Assembly (NCBI GenBank): GCA_051453625.1
Contig: JBOZIK010000001.1
Coordinates: 4,638,787-4,694,906, forward strand
DNA length: 56,120 nt
Reading direction: 5' to 3'
Source of the DNA: Welwitschia mirabilis
Lineage: Eukaryota
This document shows, piece after piece, positions 1 through 8,665 of the stretch. A model generated the notes under the pieces. It did not search any database, was not told the origin of the DNA, and was given only the letters and a program-made list of their open reading frames with translations. Position numbers and translations under genes: made by a program. The stretch's first letter is position 1; each line of letters begins with the position of its first letter.

Positions 1-1515
1 GATGATGAATATTTTTCTTGAAACTTCTAGTAGTAAATTATGGTAAATTGAGTTTATATTTCATTTGAGAGGTCTTTCGTGTGAACCTTAAATCTTTGTC
101 TGTGTATTTTACCTCAAAAACGCATTGAATGGTAAAATTGCTATTGTAACTTTTTTGAATCTTTATTTTGATAAGTATGACTATGACAATGACAATTTAT
201 AATTAAATTATAAGTAATAATTGGGAATTTCATTATGAAATGTTGTGGAACACTTAAATAGTAAGCCTGATATTATGTTTATTTTGTAACTAATTGAGGG
301 ACAATATTTTTTCATACATAAATAATATGTTGAGGGGCATTAAAAATAAGCCTAATTAAGCGGAGACTATAAATAAAAAGCATGCACGATGTGATTTACA
401 CCACAGCTCTCCCTCTTTATGTAACTGCCCCTTAACACTTCATCATTGAGCTGATGCTTTTCAAAAAAAGCATTTTCCTCTTAATTATATTAAACGCTGG
501 GTCCACCTCTGATCATGCCTTGAATAGGTAGAGGATTTGTTCATCAGCGATTATGTTTGCAGGCAAAGAAAAAGCCCAAACTGTGTTTTATCGGCTGTTT
601 CATAAGAAGTTGGAAGGGGAAAGGCTATATGAGACAGTGTCTTGAAATGCCCTTTTTCCTCCTGGGCTATAACTTTATTTAATCATGCTAGCCATTTCGA
701 AAGTTTTTAAAATGTCTGAGATTTGAATGTGTAGGGTAACGCCCATGGATCCTGTCGTTATCTGATATTTCTTCATCATTTCAAAAGCTGCTCTGAAAAC
801 CTTTACGTCTTCAATATTAGAATGGGGAATCTTACCCAATGGATTCATGCCTGAAACATTATTGAATTGCACATTTTTCTTATTAGCGTTTCAGTTTCTG
901 GAGTGTTTTTCCTTAAACGTTTAAGTTCTAATGCGTTTCATAACACCATTCCCTCCTATTTCTTGAATAAATTCTCTTCCTCCAGCATTACCCAAGAATT
1001 GAAATTTTTTAGGAACACTCAACGCTAGTTCAAAAAAAAAAATTTATGTACTTGAATTGGCCCTTCATCCTTGTCTGCGTTGCAAACCCCTGAGCAATTT
1101 CATTCGTTTCATCAAGCTGGATTTCCATGTGCTTATTTGAAAAGAGGCTCTTGCCCAACTGACTAAACACCTAAATCCTCAAATGCCGATTCAAAAATGT
1201 TCATGAAAATCTTTGCAATTTTTATCACCCATTCAAGTTCTGCAATCCTTCTACAAGTGGACTCCTTATGCTATTGCTTCTGCCGTTTGCCTCATATTGA
1301 AAGCACTTGTCTATGCTTCAGTGCTTCTATTTTTTTTCATGGCCTGCATCTATTCTTTTATGTGGCCTATAGATTCTCATTTTCTAATGGACGCGAGGGA
1401 AGAACAAGCCATAAAATTTAGGTCCGCATTGAAGCTTGGGTCTGTGATGGATGAGTAAGGATCCTTCTCTTGATGCACAGACATTATTTATTGCAGTCAA
1501 TAATTTTAACAAGTT

Positions 1516-1588
1516 AATAAGTTGACGTAGTAGATAAAGCAAGAGTCTCATAACAATTAGGTTATGGGTTCAAGCCACGATGGTAGCA
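1516..1588 (+). pseudogene. Degenerate tRNA(Met/CAT)-like sequence; tRNA pseudogene or SINE head
   Basis: A-box-like TGACGTAGTAGA (~1523), anticodon-loop-like TCTCATAA (1546-1553) and B-box GGTTCAAGCC (1567-1576) at tRNA-like spacing. Stems pair poorly. Confidence 0.35.
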
Positions 1589-1886
1589 AAATTATAAAAT
1601 TATTTTAAAATCTTAAATTCTTGTACATTATGATCATACCTTAGTTATTAAATTTAATAAAACATTAAAGCGTTGGTATTAGTAGGTCTTAATAACCAAC
1701 CATATAATTCATTCTAAACTCTAGATATTTATATTATTAATGTTTATGCCTTTCTTATTGTTGTTTAAACATGAAAATCCCTATGTTTTAGCACTAAGGA
1801 AAAAGTTGGGCATTGCAAAATAATAAAAATCTAGAGTACTTTTAAGATAAAATGCAAATCAAGTCTCAGATTTTCCAAATCCTTCC

Positions 1887-2055
<169 letters not shown>

Positions 2056-2213
2056 TGAATAACATTATATTTAAATATTCAAATATTCATCTAGAATAAT
2101 AACACTGCTTGGCATCATAAAAATAATTATAAATTGGATCCCACCTATTGGCTTAAAAGCTAGGTGAAGTTCTAATGATTCAACTCTAAAACTTTAGGAC
2201 ATTACATACTGAC

Positions 2214-2243
2214 CTCTAAACCCTAAACCCTAAACCCTAAACC
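2214..2243 (+). repeat. Short interstitial plant telomeric tract, (CCCTAAA)x3 plus one variant
   Basis: CTCTAAA CCCTAAA CCCTAAA CCCTAAA CC is the Arabidopsis-type telomere repeat. Confidence 0.9.
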
Positions 2244-2480
2244 AGAGCATTCGAGTTAGTTGTCGAACTTCATAACTTTGTTATTAGAGTGTCAAGTCTG
2301 AACAAGCTAAGAGATAGAGCGAGTTTGAAGTTTTGCAATTATAGAACCTTTAGGGTGTTATATTTGGTAACAAATCATTAAGTTTAAGAAGATTTTCAAC
2401 AGTCAAACTTTTGGATCATTTCATTTGGAATTAGATGTTAAAAATAAAGATTTTTCGACAATAGAATTTTAGGCCACTAC

Positions 2481-2872
2481 AAAAGGACTGTGTTGGACTC
2501 ATCATGACAAATATTTTACCAAATGCTATATAACAATCTCCACCAAACACTACAAGACAACCTCTACCTAATGCTAAATGACGAAGAGTCTACCTAACAC
2601 TACTACAACCTTGTCATACCTCTATCACATGTCTTCCAATGCTACAGCTATGTGTATCCCTCTGATTTCTTCATTGCCACTATTGTTTTATGTGGAATTA
2701 TGTTTATCTTCCACTCTGTGTGGTAAAATGTGACCAAAGATCTATAATTATTATAGGAAAAAACATAATATTAAATTTTATTTTAAATAATAAATTAATA
2801 AAGTAAGTGTCTTTTCCTATGATAAATTAATCAATTATACTTACTTAAAATTTTAATTTTGGCATGCAAACA
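2481..2872. mobile_element. Truncated foldback insert (part of spacer plus right arm)
   Basis: Ends GGCATGCAAACA|TACAC at 2872. 2600-2872 is the reverse complement of 5118-5412. Confidence 0.8.
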
Positions 2873-3350
2873 TACACCTTTTCATCTTTTCTTCTTAACT
2901 GAAAAATAATGGTTTGTGGTTCATCACCAACTTTGTAAGGCTAAGTATAACATGTTACCCCTTACAAGGTAGCCAACTCAACCTCTTAGGATTTGAGCTC
3001 ACAACAAAGGTGTTTTTATCAAAACCACACATAAGTGCCATTCCTGGGATGCTACAACCTTGAAATCCAAACTAGACTCAATAGTATGCAGGCCTCCAAA
3101 TGGCCAAAGAATAAGAATAATAACAATGTGAAATTTATAGAGACTAAGAAATTAAATTTTCACTTCTAAGTGCAATAACTTTAAAGGGATCATAAGTAAT
3201 CTAGAGAACAATAATAAATGAATATAACTAAATAACTTGCTTAATTACTAGGAAGAAGAGTATAAAGAATGAGGTTTTAGTTATAACTGCTTTTTCATTC
3301 TCTTGTTCAAAGTGCACTGATGGAAAATATTCTTTTTTATGATATGACTC

Positions 3351-3358
3351 TTTTATAG
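3351..3358 (-). promoter_or_regulatory. Putative LTR TATA box (CTATAAAA)
   Basis: Plus-strand TTTTATAG, downstream of the motif array on the minus strand. Monomers 2 and 3 carry the variant CTACTAAAG. Confidence 0.5.
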
Positions 3359-3614
3359 TCTAGAGAATCTAATCATAGTAATGGAACCTTAATGTTATTC
3401 TTCTTTTTAATTTGTCATGTTTATTTTCTAGATTCTTACTAAAGATTTATGTCAATAATCTTTTTTCCGAGAAATGTTTATTTTAATAATTTATTCGAAC
3501 ATTCTCTTTTTCTTTCTTAGGCTTTTGTTTCCTTTTGATATGGGAACTCTTTACTAGATGGCATGAAGATAGTCAGATCTACACCCTTCAATGTCTATTT
3601 TCTTAATTAGTGTT

Positions 3615-4190
3615 TTATAAACATCTTCAAAAGTGTAGACATCTTCAGATGTAGTAACCATCTTCATCATGTGTAGACTTCTTTAGTCTACAATTGCTAT
3701 GTCCTCAATCACTTTTTAATCAAGATGTATTTAGTCCTACTAGACATCTTTGTGTTGTATAGATGCCATCAATATGTATACACATCTTCAACTCTTAGTA
3801 GTTATTTATGAGCTTCTCATTTTAGTTAAGACATTTTGTCTCTAATAGATGTCTTCTGTCAAACTACTGTGAATTAGCCAAGACATATTTATTAGTTATA
3901 GATGTCTTCATGATGTGTAAAAATCTTCAGTATTCATAAGCATCTTTTGATGATTGTCCCTTTATTTAGCCTAGACATCTTCTCTTTTATAGATGTCTAA
4001 ACGTATAATAGATGTCTTTAACTTGTGTAGATGTCTTTATTGCAAGCTCCTATAGCATATCATATTGGCCAATCCATTAGTTCTAAAACCCAATCTTAAA
4101 AAGTTACCAAATGTCTTGTAGATGTCTTCAATTCTTGTAGATGTTTTTAGTTGTTATAGATGTCTCTCGACGTAGTAGATGTCTTTAAAA
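3615..4190. repeat. Array of ~20 decayed palindromic motifs (TAGACATCTT / TAGATGTCTT, inferred ancestor AGACGTCT) in the U3 of the array LTR; also at ~7370-7920 and ~10415-10633
   Basis: Irregularly spaced motifs upstream (minus strand) of the TATA box, the position typical of Sirevirus repeat motifs. Confidence 0.8.
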
Positions 4191-4280
4191 CACTTGGTTT
4201 ATTTTGCAAATTCATGATTCCTACACACATATGACAATGAATTTGACAAGTTTGGCATAAGAAAACTAGGTAAGTTAATA

Positions 4281-4935
4281 ATATCTTCATTTTTCATGAT
4301 GTACAAAACTTGGAAAATCTATTAGAAGTAGAAATTATTAAATTACCAATTTTAATTTGCATTTCAGTAAGAAATTTGATATTATAGATTCATGATAAGA
4401 ATGAGAATTTTAAGCTAATGTTTTTAGAGAATACAATTCAGTAACATTCATATAATTAGTGCAATAGTAAAGATATTGAATTTGAAAACAATGCACTTAC
4501 ACAAAAATACTAGATTTGATTGAGATAAGACAGAAAAGCAATAATTCTAAAAGATAACATAATGCAATGAGAAAACCCTAAAAGACTAATAATGCAAAAA
4601 CATTTTGAATGTCTCCAAAATATCATGGCCATAATGTGCATGAGTAGATGTCTTCAACCAAGTTCTTTGTACCCTCTAATTTTCCTTCTCCTCCTTCTTC
4701 AAATACGTTTTCCTTCTCTTTCTTTTTGGACATTATTTGATCACTAATTACTAAGAGATGCATCAGAAGCATACGGTGCATTTTATAGATCATCATCATC
4801 ACCATTATTCATGTTAGCATAATACTTAGAAGAAAATTCTTGATACATACCATGAGATGATGAGATTTTCTATTGAGAGCTAGAGCTCAGAGATGATGAG
4901 AGCTCATGGAAGCACTACTAGATGTAATTTTAATT
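4281..4935 (-). mobile_element. Sirevirus-type pre-3'LTR linker with two PPT-like motifs (monomer 1)
   Basis: Minus strand GTTTTGTACATCATGAAAAATGAAGATAT|TATTAAC is a decayed GTTTTGTCATCATCAAAAAGGGGGAGAT|TGTT. A second PPT-like ATGTCCAAAAAGAAAGAGAA lies at ~4735-4714. Multiple PPTs are a known Sirevirus signature. No PBS seen. Confidence 0.65.
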
Positions 4936-5117
4936 TGTAAATCTAGATCATTGAACTCAAAGGGGAGGGATGAATGAGTTTTAAATAAAATTTTTAGACA
5001 GATAAAAATTAATAGCTAACAAAAATTAAACATGAAAAACCAAATAGAAGTCTTATTAGATTTAACATGGTTCCTTAACTTGGGTGTTTCACACTTGAAT
5101 GGTTGAAGCTAGTACAC

Positions 5118-6621
5118 TATTAAAATGCCAAAATTGACATTATAAGCAAGTATAATTGATCAATTTAACATAATAAAAGACACTTAATTTATTAATTTAT
5201 CACAAAACGATGTCTTCTATTGTTTTTAAAATAAAATTTAATATTTTGTTTTTCTCCATAATAATTGAAGGTCTTTAGCCACGTTTAACCACACATGGTG
5301 GAAGATGAACATAATTTTGCATAAAATTATAGGGGCAATGGAGAAATGAGGTGGCGACACATAGCTATAGCATTGGAAGACATGTGGTAGAGGTATCAGA
5401 AGTTTGCAGTAGAGACATGTGGTAATAGCATCGGTTAGTAGAGGAATCTGACTTGAAAGAACATGTATCAGACTCATCATGATAAAGATTTTGGCAAACG
5501 CTACATGACAATATCTACTAAACACTATAAGACAGCCTCCACCAAATGCTAAATGATGAAAATTCTACCTAATACTAGAGGACAAAATCTTATCTACCTA
5601 ATGCTACAAGACAACTTACACTAAATGATATAAGACAAAATCTTATCTACCTAACACTAAATGATGAAGATTCCATCTAATGCAACTCAAACCTTTTCAT
5701 ACCTCTACCACATGTCTTCCAATGCTACGGTTACATGTCACTTCCTCATTTCTCCATTTCCACTTTTGTTTTATGTGGAATTATATTCATTTTCCACCAT
5801 GGATTATAAAGTGTGATTAAAGACCTGCAATTATTATGAAGAAAAACATAATATTACATTTTATTTTAAAAATAATAGAAGACATCATTTTATGATAAAT
5901 TAATAAATTAAGNNNNNNNNNNNNNNNNNNNNNNNNNNNNNNNNNNNNNNNNNNNNNNNNNNNNNNNNNNNNNNNNNNNNNNNNNNNNNNNNNNNNNNNN
6001 NNNNNNNNNNNNNNNNNNNNNNNNNNNNNNNNNNNNNNNNNNNNNNNNNNNNNNNNNNNNNNNNNNNNNNNNNNNNNNNNNNNNNNNNNNNNNNNNNNNN
6101 NNNNNNNNNNNNNNNNNNNNNNNNNNNNNNNNNNNNNNNNNNNNNNNNNNNNNNNNNNNNNNNNNNNNNNNNNNNNNNNNNNNNNNNNNNNNNNNNNNNN
6201 NNNNNNNNNNNNNNNNNNNNNNNNNNNNNNNNNNNNNNNNNNNNNNNNNNNNNNNNNNNNNNNNNNNNNNNNNNNNNNNNNNNNNNNNNNNNNNNNNNNN
6301 NNNNNNNNNNNNNNNNNNNNNNNNNNNNNNNNNNNNNNNNNNNNNNNNNNNNNNNNNNNNNNNNNNNNNNNNNNNNNNNNNNNNNNNNNNNNNNNNNNNN
6401 NNNNNNNNNNNNNNNNNNNNNNNNNNNNNNNNNNNNNNNNNNNNNNNNNNNNNNNNNNNNNNNNNNNNNNNNNNNNNNNNNNNNNNNNNNNNNNNNNNNN
6501 CATTTTATTTTAAAAATAATAGAAGACATCATTTTATGATAAATTAATAAATTAAGTATCTTTCCTTATTCTAAACTAATCAATTATACGTGCTTAAAAT
6601 GTTAATTTTGGCATGTAAACA
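5118..6621. mobile_element. Foldback insert A: ~295-bp inverted arms, ~270-bp spacer, TSD TACAC (~860 bp after gap collapse)
   Basis: TACAC(5113-5117)|TATTAAAATGCC...GGCATGTAAACA|TACAC(6622-6626). Left arm 5118-5412; right arm from ~5683. Confidence 0.85.
5913..6500. other. Assembly gap, probably spurious (contig overlap)
   Basis: 5857-5912 is identical to 6501-6556. Collapsing the gap restores colinearity with monomer 3. Confidence 0.85.
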
Positions 6622-8013
6622 TACACCTTTGAATCTTTGCTTCTTAAGTAAAAAGTAGCAATTTATGGTTCATCACAAACTTTGCAAATTACCCCTTACA
6701 AGGTAGACAACTCAACCTCTTAGGGTTTGAGCTCACAATAAAGGTGTTTTTCTCGATAATACACATAAGTGCCATGCCTGACATGTTATAACCATGAATT
6801 CCAAACTAGATTCAATAGCATGCAGGCCTCCAAAGGGCTAAGAGATAAGAATAATAATAATGTGAAATTTATAAAGAGTCTAAGAAATTAGATTTTTACT
6901 TATGAAGTGCAATAACTTTAAAGGAATAATCAGCAAGCTAGATAACAATAATAAATGAATATAACTAAACAACTTGCTTAATTACTAGGAAGAATAGTAT
7001 AAATAATGAGATTTTAGTTATAACTACTTTTTCATTCTCTTCTTCAAAATGTAGTGATGGTAAATATTCTTTTTTATGATATGACTCTTTAGTAGTCTAG
7101 AGAATCTAATCATAGTGATGAAACATTATTATTCTTATTCTTTGTAAGTTGTCATGTTTATTTTCTTGATTCTTGCTAAAGATTTATGTCAATAATCTTT
7201 TATCCTAAAAATGTTTATTTTAATAATTTATTCAAACATCCTTTTTTTCTTTCTTCTGCTTTTGTTTCCTTTTGATATGAGATCCCTTTACTAAGTTTTC
7301 ATTTGAAGGGAGACATGCAAATAGTCATATCTACATTCTTCAATGGCTATTTTCATAATTAGTGTTTTATAGACATCTTTAAAAAGTGTAGAGATCTTCA
7401 AATGTAGTAAACATCTTTGTCATGTATACACTTCTTCAGTCTGTAGTTGCCATGTCCTTGATCGTAGTTTAATCAAGATGTATTTCGCCCTATTAAACAT
7501 CTTCATCTTATGTAGATGTCATCAATTTATGTATATATCTTCAACCCTTGGTAGTTATTTATGAGCTTCTCATTTTAATTAAGACATTTTATCTCTAATA
7601 GATGTCTTCTGTCAAACTACTGTGAATTAGCCAGGACATCTTTATTAGTTATAGATGTCTTCATGATGTGTAAAGGTCTTCAAGATTCATAAACATATTT
7701 TGATGATTTTCCCTTTTTTAGCCTAAACATCTTCTTTTTTATAGATGTATAGACATATAGTAGATGTCTTTATTGCAAGCCACTGCAGCATATCATATTG
7801 GCCAATTCATTAGTTCTAAAACCTAATCTTAAAAAGTTACTAAATTTCTTATCGATGTCTTTGATTCTTGTAGATGTCTTTAGTTGTTATATATGTCTCT
7901 TGAATTAGTAGATGTCTTCAAAACACTTGATTTATTTTGCAACTTCATGATTCCTATACACATATGACAATAAATTTTATAAGTTTAGCACATTAAAACT
8001 AAGAAGGTTAATA

Positions 8014-8665
8014 ATATATTCCTTTTTATGATGTACAAAACTTGGAAAATCTATTAGAAGTATCAATTGTTGGCTAACCAATTTTAATTTGAATTTAGTA
8101 AGAAATTTGATATTGTAGATTCATGATAAGAATAAGAACTTTAAGTTGATGTTTTTAAAGAATACAATTTAGTAAAATTCACATAATTAGTGAAATAGTA
8201 AAGACATTAAATTTGATAATAATGCACTTGCATAAAAACACTATATTTGATTTAGATAAGGTAGAAAAATAATAATTCTAAAAGATAACATAATGTAAAA
8301 AAAAAAAAAAACCTAAAAGGCTAATAATGCAAAAACATTTTGAATGTCTCCAAAATATCATGGCCATAACATGCATGAGTAAATGTCTCCAAGAAAACTC
8401 TATAAACCCTTTAATTTGCCTTCTCCTCCTTCTCCAAATACATTTTCCTTCTCTCCCTTTTTGAACATCATTTGAGCACTAATTACTACGAGATGCATCA
8501 CAAGCAGATGGTGGATAGATCATCATCATCATCATCATTCGTGTCACCATAATACTTGGAGGAAAATTCTTGATATGTACCATGAGATGATGAGATTTCC
8601 TATTGAGAGCTAGAGCTCAAGGATGATAAGAGCTCATAGAAGCACTACGAGATGTAATTTTAATT
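8014..8665 (-). mobile_element. Sirevirus-type pre-3'LTR linker (monomer 2)
   Basis: Homologous to 4281-4935. PPT relic at 8014-8027 and TGATGTTCAAAAAGGGAGAGAA (minus) at ~8470-8449. Confidence 0.65.

Larger units (their letters stand above)
2481..4280 (-). mobile_element. Sirevirus-like (Ty1/copia SIRE) LTR, copy 1, 3'-truncated
   Basis: Minus strand starts TATTAAC (from TGTTAAC) at 4280, directly after a decayed PPT. Followed by a palindromic repeat array and CTATAAAA at 3358-3351. Confidence 0.7.
4936..8013 (-). mobile_element. Sirevirus-like LTR, copy 2 (complete, ~1.57 kb excluding foldback and gap)
   Basis: Minus-strand 3' end ..CTCATTCATCCCTCCCCTTTGAG..GATTTACA (4936) resembles the ATTCATCCCCTCCCT end of the SIRE LTR at ~54300. 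The GAACCATGTTAAATC motif resembles GAACCACTATAAATC at 54124. The 5' end at 8013 abuts a PPT. Confidence 0.72.

Noticed and set aside
440-680. LINE reverse transcriptase (LSP..F / ADE motifs on the minus strand)
   Set aside because: Spacing is too short for the QGDPLSP-FADD interval and no other RT motifs are present.
2934-2966. Tiny TGTAAGG...CCTTACA element resembling LTR termini
   Set aside because: Not conserved in monomers 2 and 3; it is part of the LTR's short U5 direct repeats.
3615-4190. CRISPR-like array of short palindromic repeats
   Set aside because: Repeats are ~10 bp, degenerate and irregularly spaced; the context is a plant LTR with no cas genes.
4623-4805. 60-aa ORF in the array linker as a gene
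   Set aside because: Lies in the PPT-containing linker with indels in monomer 2; at most the decayed tail of a Sirevirus extra ORF.
2600-5412. Mutator-like element with ~290-bp TIRs flanking a 2.2-kb interior
   Set aside because: The TSD (TACAC) and TG..CA-type ends support the opposite pairing (5118-6621 and 8848-9655). No 9-bp TSD at 2600/5412, and the 'interior' is continuous LTR plus linker sequence.
5817-6532. 228-aa and 210-aa ORFs
   Set aside because: They run through Ns; artefacts of a gap that is probably a contig overlap.
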